Origin: Candidatus Velthaea sp.
GTDB lineage: Bacteria > Vulcanimicrobiota > Vulcanimicrobiia > Vulcanimicrobiales > Vulcanimicrobiaceae
NCBI GenBank assembly: GCA_050012475.1
Contig: JBEKHC010000056.1
Span: 1-33,293, forward strand
Direction: 5' to 3'
Length of the DNA: 33,293 bases
A program made the position numbers and the translations under genes. The notes under the pieces were generated by a model, which was given only the letters and a program-made list of their open reading frames with translations, ran no database searches and was not told the origin of the DNA. Below are positions 16,701-25,532 of this stretch, in pieces; positions within the stretch are counted from its first letter, which is position 1; each line of letters begins with the position of its first letter.

Positions 16701-18067
16701 AACGTCGCCTTGATTTGCAGACCGTAGATCCAGGCGTTGCCGTACTGTTTCTGCGTGAATGCGCCCGGATTCATGAGGTATTGCAAGTCCGGCCGCACGA
16801 TGACCGTCGGCGAGATGCCGATGCCGTAACTGAGTTCGGCGACTTGTTCGCCGGGTGCCAAATCGAGACCGGGCTCGCTCTTGATGGCGATGAGGCGTGG
16901 GTTGACGGCGGCCCGGACGTAGCCGAGGTTGAGGTTGTCGCGATCGCGGCCCGGGAACGTGCCCTGTAAAACGAGACCGGCATCGAGATAGTACTTGATG
17001 AGCGCGGTTTGCGGATCGGAATTCGATCCCTGTGCGAAGACCCAGAGGCCGCCCGGCCGCGACGGTTCGCGCACGACCATTTGGCTGGCAAGGACGTAGT
17101 AGCCCCAGCGCCCGCTATCGGTCAGGTGCTCCGTCGCGATGTCAGCGACGTGCGAGCTATCGTAGTAGCCGCCGATCTTGAACTCTCCGGGAAGCTGACC
17201 GGGATTGTGGCCCGGCAGCCAGGCAAACTCTACGGGATAGATCGTGCCCGTTGCACCGTGCAAGCTCAGGTCGAAGCCATTCGCCTTGAGCGCGACGAGC
17301 GGGTTGGTTTCGAACGCGCCGGTTTCAGCATACGTCGTCGAGCTCGTGTTGTCGCGGACGCGAATACCGAGTCTCGCATTGGGATAATCCGCCCAGCCGC
17401 TGTCGTTGGGCAAGGATTGCGTATGACCGCAGAAGCCGCTGTTCATGAAGTTGCAGAGCAGCACCGTCAGTCCGAAATCATTTCCCCAGGCCCAATAGCC
17501 GAGTTTGACGTTGTACTTCTTCTTGGCGAGGCTCTGGTCGACGGTCAACTCGCCCAAGCGGAAGTTCTGACCGACGCCGTAGATCTCTTGAACGGCCAGC
17601 TTGTTCGAGAAGTTGTTGGCGGACAGACTGCCGCCGGCGCGATCGTTCAAGGTAAGGTGGAATGTGGCGCCCTCGAATTTGAGCAGTTTGCCCAGATCGA
17701 GATCGGTGCCGAAGCGGATCTGCTGCGCGTATGCCGCGCCGCGATGTCTGCCGCCCGTCGTATTGACGGCCGACTCGGAAATGTAATCGAGTCGCAGATC
17801 GACGCCCTTATTGTGCAATTGCTTACGCCAGCCGCCGCCGGCGAGCGGCGTCGGTGAAGGCAGCGGACTCGTCCCCGGGGCCGGAGTCGCACCGGCCGGC
17901 GGCGGCCCTTCCGTCGGCGCCGTCGCCGGCGCCGGAGCCGCAGACGGCGCGACCGTCGGAGTCGCGGGCGCGGGCGTGGGCGCTTGGGCCAAGGCCGAAC
18001 TCGAGGACGCCCACAGAGCAATTCCGGCAATCAACAAAATGTTGTGCCACGGCCGCAAACACGGCAT
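16697..18067 (-). CDS. oprB: OprB-family carbohydrate-selective porin with signal peptide and Pro/Ala/Thr-rich linker
   Basis: Signal peptide ...SSALAQ, GTDLDLGKL, AVQEIYGVGQNFRL, CNFMNSGFCG, PGEFKIG, RPDLQYLMNPG, C-terminal Phe. Confidence 0.92.
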   Translation of the reverse strand: MPCLRPWHNILLIAGIALWASSSSALAQAPTPAPATPTVAPSAAPAPATAPTEGPPPAGATPAPGTSPLPSPTPLAGGGWRKQLHNKGVDLRLDYISESAVNTTGGRHRGAAYAQQIRFGTDLDLGKLLKFEGATFHLTLNDRAGGSLSANNFSNKLAVQEIYGVGQNFRLGELTVDQSLAKKKYNVKLGYWAWGNDFGLTVLLCNFMNSGFCGHTQSLPNDSGWADYPNARLGIRVRDNTSSTTYAETGAFETNPLVALKANGFDLSLHGATGTIYPVEFAWLPGHNPGQLPGEFKIGGYYDSSHVADIATEHLTDSGRWGYYVLASQMVVREPSRPGGLWVFAQGSNSDPQTALIKYYLDAGLVLQGTFPGRDRDNLNLGYVRAAVNPRLIAIKSEPGLDLAPGEQVAELSYGIGISPTVIVRPDLQYLMNPGAFTQKQYGNAWIYGLQIKATF

Positions 18068-18094
18068 ACGTCAAAACTCCCTTAGTCTCTATCA

Positions 18095-18160
18095 AACTAC
18101 CGGACTGGTTAGTTTAGTACAGGCCAGGTATATGATGGTAGAGAAATACAAGCTCGTCAA
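18095..18160 (-). promoter_or_regulatory. Sigma70-type promoter of oprB with downstream operator-like pseudo-palindrome
   Basis: Minus strand TTGACG (18155-18160), 17 bp, CATCAT (18132-18137); AACTACCGGACTGGTT at 18095-18110 lies between predicted TSS and RBS. Confidence 0.55.
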
Positions 18161-18537
18161 GGGCTCAAGAAACTTTTGTGCGGCACAACATGCGCCTTCG
18201 CCTACGCGGCCGGCACCGCTCGCGCTCGAACTCGAGCTGCCGCCGCACGTCCCCAGATCGCCGACGGGCTCCTCATTGCGAGCGACAAGAACGCGATAAG
18301 GTTACCCTAAGCCGGCGTCCCCTGTGTCGTCGCCGGCGGCCGCCGCCGGCGCAATTGCCCACGCGACAAACGTTGCAGTCCACACCGCGTAACCGACCAA
18401 CGCGGCCGCAGCCAGTGGAAAACATTCTAATTAGCAGTGAGACTCGTTATCTCAAAGCACGCCCGTTGCCGACGGCACGTTTCACAAGCCGAAATCGCCG
18501 CCATCGAACGGCCCGACCCGGCTTGGCTCTCCGGGCG

Positions 18538-19299
18538 TCACCGAGCCTTCCGCGGGCGTCCGTTCTGCGCAGCGCGAGCCCGGGGTGCCGCAGCCTTCGG
18601 CGTTCCTTCCAGATAGCCGACGATCGAATCGGCGAACATCCGCCGATGGCGAGCCCGTACCGCCGGAGCCAAAAGATCGCGGCCGAACAACGTGCCGAAC
18701 GTATGATGATTGGAGATCCGATAGAAACACGGTGCGATGATGAGCAGATGCAGGTCGATCGCATCGATCGCCGTGTGAAAGATTCCTTCGCGGCGGCCGC
18801 GCTTGAGGATTGCCGCGAGCATTTCGATGACGGAGACATTTAATTTTTGGATCGTTTCCGACTTCGCGACGTGAACGCCGTCGTGAATGTTTTCGATGCT
18901 CACGAGCCGCGCGAGCTCGGGGTGCGCTTCCTCGTAGTCGAACTGATACTGCACGAGGCGGCGGATGGCTTCCCGAGGCGGCAATCGCACCAAATCGAGC
19001 TCCCGCTCCGCGGCACGCATCTGGGCGTACGCCCGCTCGAGAACCGCCAGGTACAGCCCTTCTTTGCTGCTGAAATAATAATAGATCATTCGCTTGGAGG
19101 TTCGGGTACGCGCCGCGATCGTATCGACCCGGGCACCGGCGAGGCCGTCTCGCGCGAACTCTTCGGTCGCGACCTCCAGGATATCATGCTGCGTTCGCAC
19201 TGGGTCGTGCTTGCGTTCGAGCTCCAGGCGGCTGGCGGCTGCGCGCGGCGCGCCGCTGGTTTTTTTCGGGGTGGAAACGGGTTTTCTCAGGGCCATCAT
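18538..19299 (-). CDS. TetR/AcrR family transcriptional regulator (NicS/RutR-like C-terminus); start approximate
   Basis: ILEVATEEFARDGLAGARVDTIAARTRTSKRMIYYYFSSKEGLY HTH; RLVSIENIH, CFYRISNHHTFGTLFG C-domain. Confidence 0.93.
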   Translation of the reverse strand: MMALRKPVSTPKKTSGAPRAAASRLELERKHDPVRTQHDILEVATEEFARDGLAGARVDTIAARTRTSKRMIYYYFSSKEGLYLAVLERAYAQMRAAERELDLVRLPPREAIRRLVQYQFDYEEAHPELARLVSIENIHDGVHVAKSETIQKLNVSVIEMLAAILKRGRREGIFHTAIDAIDLHLLIIAPCFYRISNHHTFGTLFGRDLLAPAVRARHRRMFADSIVGYLEGTPKAAAPRARAAQNGRPRKAR

Positions 19300-19454
19300 C
19301 CTTGTTGGCAGCCGCGATTCCAGCATCGACGGAAGTCGCGTTTCATTTGCGCCGATCTCGTTGCGTTGCAGCAAACGTACACACCAGATGGGACAGGCGC
19401 AGGCTCTTCTTCGCCGATCGGCTACGGCCGCCCGCCTGCCTGGGCGAACCACCC

Positions 19455-20888
19455 ATGAACGCCCGCCACCCGAGCCTCGACCCGCTGGTTCTGCTGGTTG
19501 CCAGCGCGTTTTTCATGGAGTTCCTCGACGGAACGATCATCGTGACCGCGCTGCCGGCGATGTCGGTGAGCTTCGCAACCTCCGCCGTTTCGCTGCAGGT
19601 CGGCATCACGGCCTACCTCCTCACCGTCGCAGTCTTCATCCTCCCGGGCGGCTGGGCGGCGGAGCGCTTCGGTGCCCGAACCGTGTTCACGGCTGCAGTC
19701 GCGACGTTCACCGCGGGTTCCGTACTGTGCGGTCTCGCCGGCTCCACGGCGAGTTTCGTCGCTGCCCGCGTGCTGCAGGGCGTGGGCGGCGCCATGATGG
19801 TGCCGGTTGGACGGCTCGCGGTCCTGCGCAGCACGCCCAAACCTCAGCTCATGGACGCCATCGCCCTGCTGACCTGGCCGGCGTTAAGCGCGCCGCTGCT
19901 CGGGCCTCCGCTGGGCGGGTTCATCGCTCAACATCTGTCGTGGCGCCTGATCTTCTTCATCAACTTGCCGCTGGGTCTGGCCGGCGTCGCTCTGTCGCTG
20001 TGGCTGGTGCCGCGGCTGCCGGCGCTGGAGCGGCGACGGTTCGACTGGCGCGGCTTCGGGGCGGGTGCGGCGGCGCTGGTTTGCGCGGTCTGGGCGCTCG
20101 ATGTCATCGCAGACGGGACGGCGCCCTGGCCGTTTGTCGCGCTGCTGACGGGCGGCGCCGCGGCATCGGCAGTCCTGCTGCAGCGGCGGGTTCGGTCCTG
20201 CGCCGAGCCGCTGTTCGATCCGGCCCCGCTGCGCGTCCCGACGTATCGCTTCGTCATCGTCGTGGGCACCGCGATGCGGGTCCTCATCAGCGCTGTGCCG
20301 TTTCTCTTGCCGCTGATGTTCCAACTCGGTTTCGGCCTCGATCCTTTTACCGCCGGCCTGCTCGTAATCGCGCTCTTCGCGGGAAATCTCGGGATCAAAC
20401 CGCTGACGTCTCCGCTGCTCAAACGGTTCGGCTTTCGCACCGTGCTGGCCGCGAACGCTTTCGCGCAGGCGGCGACGATGCTGGGTTGCGCCGTCCTGGC
20501 AACTACGGCTGCCGTGCCGGTCGTCGTCCTGTTGATCGCCTCGGGCGCCTCGCGCTCGCTGCAATTCACGGCGCTGGGCACCCTCGCTTTTGCCGACGTG
20601 CCCCAGCCGGTCATGAATTCGGCCAATACCGTTTTTTCGGTGGCGTTTCAACTCGCGCTCGGAGTCGGTGTCGCGGTCGGCGCCGCGCTGCTGCGCGCAG
20701 CAGGTCTGGTCCTGCGCGTGCCGGCGGCTCCAAACCTGGCGGTCTTTCACGGCGCGTTCGGCGTCCTGTCGGTCGTGATGGCGCTGACGGGGCTGGCGGC
20801 GCTGCGGCTCGCCGGCGACGCGGGCGCCGACGTTTCGGGCCATTTGAGGGCGCGCTCAGCCGACGGTTCACTCGTCGAAGCCGAATAA
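19455..20888 (+). CDS. MFS transporter, DHA2 (EmrB/QacA/HsrA-like)
   Basis: FMEFLDGTII, GWAAERFGAR motif A, RVLQGVGGAMMVPVGRL, GPPLGG, WRLIFFINLPLG; divergent from tetR. Confidence 0.92.
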   Translation: MNARHPSLDPLVLLVASAFFMEFLDGTIIVTALPAMSVSFATSAVSLQVGITAYLLTVAVFILPGGWAAERFGARTVFTAAVATFTAGSVLCGLAGSTASFVAARVLQGVGGAMMVPVGRLAVLRSTPKPQLMDAIALLTWPALSAPLLGPPLGGFIAQHLSWRLIFFINLPLGLAGVALSLWLVPRLPALERRRFDWRGFGAGAAALVCAVWALDVIADGTAPWPFVALLTGGAAASAVLLQRRVRSCAEPLFDPAPLRVPTYRFVIVVGTAMRVLISAVPFLLPLMFQLGFGLDPFTAGLLVIALFAGNLGIKPLTSPLLKRFGFRTVLAANAFAQAATMLGCAVLATTAAVPVVVLLIASGASRSLQFTALGTLAFADVPQPVMNSANTVFSVAFQLALGVGVAVGAALLRAAGLVLRVPAAPNLAVFHGAFGVLSVVMALTGLAALRLAGDAGADVSGHLRARSADGSLVEAE

Positions 20889-21698
20889 CCGGCGCGGCGT
20901 CTCCCACAGCAGCTTCCGCCGGTCGACCGGCCGTGGAAAGAGGGTTTCCACGAGCGTCAACAGCGGTCCGTAATCGACACGCTCAGGCGCGCGCAGAAAT
21001 GGCCAATCGGAACCCCACACACAGCGGTCCAAGGTGAACGCCTCGACGATGGCGCGGACGAACGGCCACGTGTCGGCGAACGGGTGCGATTCCTGCGAGA
21101 ACTTGATGTAACCGGAGAGCTTGATCGCAGCGCGGCCGCTTCGGCCCAGTGCCAGCAGCGCCTGAAAACCCGGCTGCTCGAGCCCGGCCGACGGAACCGG
21201 CCGGCCGCAATGGTCGATCAACAGGCGCCCGGCGAAGGGCTCGATGAACTCGAGCAACGCCGGCAATTGGTTCTCGTGAACCTGCACTTGCAAAAACATG
21301 TCGAACTCGACGAGTTTGGCCAGCAGCGCCTCCGTGCCGCGATAATAGGCGATCCCGTGGAACGGCAGATTGAAGGCGACGCCGACGATGCCCGCTGCGC
21401 GCAAGCGCGCGAGCTCGGCGAGGCCGATGTCGTGCGCGACGACCGCGACGCCTTTGAATCGGCCGCCGCTCTCGCCGATCGCGGCGAGGAGGCACCGATT
21501 ATCGGCGCCGTAGCCGGAGTTGGGGCCGACGAGCAAAGCGTTGCGCACGCCGTACGCGGCGAACGCGTGGCGCATTTGATTTGCCGTGGCGATCTCCGCG
21601 CCGGCCGGCCGAAACGGCGTGTCGGCGGCGTAGGGAAACCGCGCCGGATCGAAGACATGGCAGTGGCAGTCGACCTTGGGTTCGTCAAAAACGGACAT
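20868..21698 (-). CDS. Amidohydrolase_2 family (LigI-like lactonase superfamily)
   Basis: DCHCHVFD, YGADN, IDHCGRP, IKLSG, WGSDWPF; 3' end overlaps the MFS 3' end by 21 bp. Confidence 0.9.
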   Translation of the reverse strand: MSVFDEPKVDCHCHVFDPARFPYAADTPFRPAGAEIATANQMRHAFAAYGVRNALLVGPNSGYGADNRCLLAAIGESGGRFKGVAVVAHDIGLAELARLRAAGIVGVAFNLPFHGIAYYRGTEALLAKLVEFDMFLQVQVHENQLPALLEFIEPFAGRLLIDHCGRPVPSAGLEQPGFQALLALGRSGRAAIKLSGYIKFSQESHPFADTWPFVRAIVEAFTLDRCVWGSDWPFLRAPERVDYGPLLTLVETLFPRPVDRRKLLWETPRRLFGFDE

Positions 21699-21971
21699 CG
21701 TGCTGGCCCGGCCTTTCTGTGCGCATTTCGTGCGAATGCTGCACGAATGGGCAGTTTTCGCGCGACGGGTCTCGCGTGCGGCGGTCGATCGGGCTCGACC
21801 CGGAGCCGTCCGGGACGGTCGGCTTGCTGCGCAGCAACTGCCCTGACCGCGGAGCGGCAAACGCTGCCGGCGCCGCACACTTTAGCGGCGAGAAGCTCAC
21901 CCGTCGTGTCCGGGGACGGAAAGTTTCGTCCACAACGCGAACGAATTTAGGACAAGGAGTTTTTTGTTTCC

Positions 21972-23558
21972 ATGCTGACTTCCGTCGAGCCCGCACTGAA
22001 TATCCGTCAACTCGATCCGTTCGACTTTCTCGAGCGCAGCGCTTCCATCTATCGTGACAAGATCGCCGTCATCGATGGCGACATTCGTCGCACCTACCCC
22101 GAATTTCTCGACCGCGTGAAGCGGCTCGCGGCCGCCCTGCAGGCGCGCGGGATTCAGAACGGCGAGCGCGTTGCCGTGCTCGCGCCCAACGTCACGAGCA
22201 TTCTCGAAGCGACGTATGCAGTGCCCCTCGCTGGCGGCATCCTCTGCGCGCTCAACACCCGCTTGAATGCGGCCGAGGTCGACTACATCCTCGGCCACTG
22301 CGGTGCGTCACTGATGATCTACGACACCGAGTTGGCCCCGCTGGTCGAGAAACTCGAAACGAACGTCGTCACCATCGCATCGGGCGCGGCCGACGACGAG
22401 TACGAAGCCGTAATCGCCGCGACGGATCCCGCTGCGCTCGTCCGGCGCCAAATCAACGAAGACGACACGATCTCGATCAATTACACCAGCGGCACGACCG
22501 GCAAGCCCAAAGCCGCGGAGTACACGTATCGCGGTGCGTACATCAACGCGCTCAGCGAGGTCTTCCACGCCAATTTGCGCCCGGAAAGCGTCTATTTGTG
22601 GACGCTGCCGATGTTCCACTGCAACGGCTGGTGCTTCCCGTGGGCGGTGACCGCGGCTTCCGCGACCCACGTCTGCTTGCGAAAGGTCGAAGCCGCTCGC
22701 GTCGTCGACGCCATCGAAAACCTTGGCGTAACGCACATGTGCGCCGCGCCGACCGTCCTGGTCGGCATCTGCAACGCACCGGGCATCCAGCCGTTCCCGC
22801 ACCTGGTCAGCATCATCACCGCCGGCGCGCCGCCGTCGCCGACGACGATCGCCCAAATCGAAGCCTTGGGCGCGCGGATCACGCACGTCTACGGCCTCAC
22901 CGAAACCTACGGTCCGGTTACCGAGTGCGCTTGGCAGTCACCGCAATGGGACCCGGTCGTGGGCGCCGAACGGGCGCGGCTCAAGAGCCGCCAAGGCGTC
23001 CCGCTCATCTCCGTAGGCGCGCGCGACGTGCGCGTCGTCGACCTGGAGATGGTCGACGTTCCCGCCGACGGCGTGACCAGCGGCGAGATCATCATGCGCG
23101 GCAACAACGTCATGAAGGGCTATTACAAAGATCCCGAAGCGACCGCCGCGGCATTCGAAGGCGGCTACTTCCACAGCGGCGACGTCGCCGTGCAGCATCC
23201 CGACGGGTACATCGAAATCGTCGACCGCTCCAAAGACGTGATCATCAGCGGCGGCGAGAACATTTCCACCGTTCAGGTCGAAAAAATCCTCTTCGAACAC
23301 CCCGCCGTGCTCGAGTGCGCGATCATCGCGGTGCCCGACGAGAAGTGGGGCGAGGTTCCCAAAGCCTTCGTTACCCTCAAGCCGGGCGCGGAAGTCACGG
23401 TCGAAGAACTCAAGCTCTTCGCGCGCGAACGGATCGCCGCGTTCAAAGTCCCGAAATACATCGAGTTCTCCGAGCTGCCGAAAACCGCCACCGGCAAGAT
23501 CCAAAAATTCGTGCTGCGCGAGAAGGAATGGGGCGATCGCAAGCGGCGCGTGAACTAA
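21972..23558 (+). CDS. AMP-forming acyl-CoA synthetase (medium-chain/AAE-like)
   Basis: YTSGTTGKPK, LPMFHCNGW, YGLTETYG, FHSGD, DRSKDVIISGGENIS, LPKTATGKIQK; AAGGAG RBS. Confidence 0.95.
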   Translation: MLTSVEPALNIRQLDPFDFLERSASIYRDKIAVIDGDIRRTYPEFLDRVKRLAAALQARGIQNGERVAVLAPNVTSILEATYAVPLAGGILCALNTRLNAAEVDYILGHCGASLMIYDTELAPLVEKLETNVVTIASGAADDEYEAVIAATDPAALVRRQINEDDTISINYTSGTTGKPKAAEYTYRGAYINALSEVFHANLRPESVYLWTLPMFHCNGWCFPWAVTAASATHVCLRKVEAARVVDAIENLGVTHMCAAPTVLVGICNAPGIQPFPHLVSIITAGAPPSPTTIAQIEALGARITHVYGLTETYGPVTECAWQSPQWDPVVGAERARLKSRQGVPLISVGARDVRVVDLEMVDVPADGVTSGEIIMRGNNVMKGYYKDPEATAAAFEGGYFHSGDVAVQHPDGYIEIVDRSKDVIISGGENISTVQVEKILFEHPAVLECAIIAVPDEKWGEVPKAFVTLKPGAEVTVEELKLFARERIAAFKVPKYIEFSELPKTATGKIQKFVLREKEWGDRKRRVN

Positions 23559-23579
23559 ACGCAATCGCCCGCACAGACA

Positions 23580-23614
23580 AGAGGCGCCCCGCACCGGGGC
23601 GCCTCTCTTCTCTT
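23580..23614 (+). terminator. Intrinsic terminator after acyl-CoA synthetase
   Basis: AGAGGCGCCCCG-CAC-CGGGGCGCCTCT perfect 12-bp stem then CTTCTCTT. Confidence 0.75.
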
Positions 23615-23617
23615 GGT

Positions 23618-23813
23618 CTAGTGTGGTGTCTCAGAAGTTCGCATACAAAATCTCACTCGTCTTTTCGCCCGGCTCATCGTCGTTCTTCGGTCACGAAGCT
23701 GCGGCTTCGCCGGGTGCACCGAGCGAAGCCGAGGGCACCCGTCTCATCACTCCTCGATCCGAACGAAAATCCTTCGCGATCTTTTGCATGGAACTTCTGA
23801 GACGCCACACTAG
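23618..23813. mobile_element. 196-bp MITE-like element A, CTAG-bounded, 23-bp terminal inverted repeats
   Basis: CTAGTGTGGTGTCTCAGAAGTTC ... GAACTTCTGAGACGCCACACTAG (1 mismatch), nested internal hairpins, no credible ORF. Confidence 0.8.
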
Positions 23814-23916
23814 TGTTGGTCTGATTTCGTCCTGGCGAGGAGCCTAGCGGCGAAGTTTGCTTCAGCAAATCAGCCGCGCAGCGACGACGTCCAGGGCGGA
23901 ATCAGACCATCCCTAA
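23810..23916. mobile_element. 107-bp MITE-like element B sharing a CTAG with element A
   Basis: Arms TGGTCTGATTTCGTCCTGG / CCAGGGCGGAATCAGACCA (two G-U), inner GCGGC..TTTGC-TTCA-GCAAA..GCCGC; core repeated at 16655-16689. Confidence 0.72.
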
Positions 23917-24092
23917 GATTTCGTCGGGCGGCGCATCTTAAACCAGCGGTACGCGAGGTAGGCGTTGAGCATACACACGCTCACGGAAATGACGGCGAAG
24001 AGCGTATCGTGGTTTTGAATCGCCCAGAAACACAAAATCGCGAAGAGAATCGACGTGTTGACCGGCAAGAGCCAAGCCCGTTTGTTGAGCAT
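23913..24092 (-). CDS. Small 59-aa two-TM membrane protein directly downstream of nuoN (absent from ORF track)
   Basis: MLNKRAWLLPVNTSILFAILCFWAIQNHDTLFAVISVSVCMLNAYLAYRWFKMRRPTKS*; ATG 3 nt after the nuoN TAG; two hydrophobic segments, basic termini. Confidence 0.65.
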   Translation of the reverse strand: MLNKRAWLLPVNTSILFAILCFWAIQNHDTLFAVISVSVCMLNAYLAYRWFKMRRPTKS

Positions 24093-24095
24093 GGT

Positions 24096-25532
24096 CTATT
24101 TGACGAGCGGCAATATGTTGCTCGGCGCAAGCGGATACAGACCGAAGACGAACACCGCTGCGGCACAAACGGCGACCGAAATCCAGGGCAGCGGATTGCT
24201 CGAGCGTTCGTCCGAGACGTGCGCCGGATCGACGCGCACGAACATCGCGCGCACGATCTTGAAGTACACGTAGACGGAGATCGCCGTCCCCGCGATCAGC
24301 AGCACGGAGAGCCACCAATAGCCGGCCCCGACCGAACTTGCGAGAATCAGAATCTTTCCGGTGAAGCCCGCCGTCGGCGGCAGACCAGCCAGACTGAGCA
24401 AGAAAAACGTCATCGCGGCCGCCAGCCACGGGCGCCGGTACGCAAGCCCGGCGAAGCGGCCCAAGCCCACGATTCCGTCGGCGTCTTTGGTCATCAGCGC
24501 GACGACCGCGAACGCGCCGAGGTTCATGAACGTGTACGCGGCGAGATAGAAGATCGCATAGCGCAAACCCAGCGCCGTTTGTCCGGCGAACGCCGCGACG
24601 ATGTACCCGACTTGGGCGATGCCCGAATACGCCAACAGCCGCTTCATGTCGACTTGGGTGAGCGCGGCCATATTGCCGACGATCATCGAGATCGCGGCGA
24701 CCGTCCACATCGGCAGCAGGATCGCATTCGCGGACTGCGGCGGCAGCGCAGCGTACGCGAAGCGGCCCAGCACGGCCAACACGCCGGCTTTGGTCGCGAC
24801 CGACATGTACGCGGTCACCGCGAGCGGCGCGCCTTCGTACACGTCGGGAGTCCAGGCATGGAACGGCACCAAGCTCAGCTTAAAGGCCAGGCCGACCAGA
24901 AACAGTCCGGCGCCCAGCGCGATCAACGGGGACGGCGGCGCGGCAGCGATCGCCGCCAACGCCACCGAACCGGTTCCGCCGAACAGCAGCGCCATGCCGT
25001 AGAGCAAAAAGCCCGACGCCATCGACGACAGCAGCAAATACTTCAAACCCGATTCGCGCGCCGCCGGACGGACCGACATCGCGCACAGACAATACAGTCC
25101 CAGCGACAGCAGTTCCAAGCCCAGGAACACCATCATCAAGTTGCCGGCGCCGGCCATGAGCATCGCCCCGCAGGTGCTCCACAGCACCAGCGCCGTCGTC
25201 CCCGCAACCTGATCGTCGCGACCGATTCCCACGCCCAGCGCAAGCGCGACGAGGGTGGCGAACAGCGCGATCTCGCTGAACACGACGCTGAACCCGCCCA
25301 CGATGTAGGCTCCGCCGAACGCCGCATACGGATGCCCGTACTGCTGCGCCGTCAGCAAACCCGCGATCACCAATCCGATCGTCGCCACCGTCACGGCGAT
25401 ATAGCGCCGCGACCGGCCGCCGGACATGAACAGATCGATGACGAGCGCGACGAGGGCGGCAGCCGCAACCACGACCGTCGGCCACAGCGCGGCCAGATCG
25501 GCCGGACTAGCGTATTGAACTGGCGACGACAT
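24096..25532 (-). CDS. nuoN: NADH-quinone oxidoreductase subunit N
   Basis: FLGLELLSL, ESGLKYLLL, FKLSLVPFHAWTPDVYEGAP, KRLLAYSGIAQVGY, SLAGLPPTAGFTGK. Confidence 0.96.
   Translation of the reverse strand: MSSPVQYASPADLAALWPTVVVAAAALVALVIDLFMSGGRSRRYIAVTVATIGLVIAGLLTAQQYGHPYAAFGGAYIVGGFSVVFSEIALFATLVALALGVGIGRDDQVAGTTALVLWSTCGAMLMAGAGNLMMVFLGLELLSLGLYCLCAMSVRPAARESGLKYLLLSSMASGFLLYGMALLFGGTGSVALAAIAAAPPSPLIALGAGLFLVGLAFKLSLVPFHAWTPDVYEGAPLAVTAYMSVATKAGVLAVLGRFAYAALPPQSANAILLPMWTVAAISMIVGNMAALTQVDMKRLLAYSGIAQVGYIVAAFAGQTALGLRYAIFYLAAYTFMNLGAFAVVALMTKDADGIVGLGRFAGLAYRRPWLAAAMTFFLLSLAGLPPTAGFTGKILILASSVGAGYWWLSVLLIAGTAISVYVYFKIVRAMFVRVDPAHVSDERSSNPLPWISVAVCAAAVFVFGLYPLAPSNILPLVK

Noticed and set aside
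19390..19446. ZTP (pfl) riboswitch-like GCCGCCCGCCTGCCTGGGC before the MFS gene
   Set aside because: The 5' GACUGGCG...GUGG...CCAC core is missing and the downstream gene is not purine/folate related.
16644..23916. 35-bp repeat as a CRISPR repeat
   Set aside because: Only two copies 7.2 kb apart, each inside terminal inverted repeats; no spacers or cas genes.
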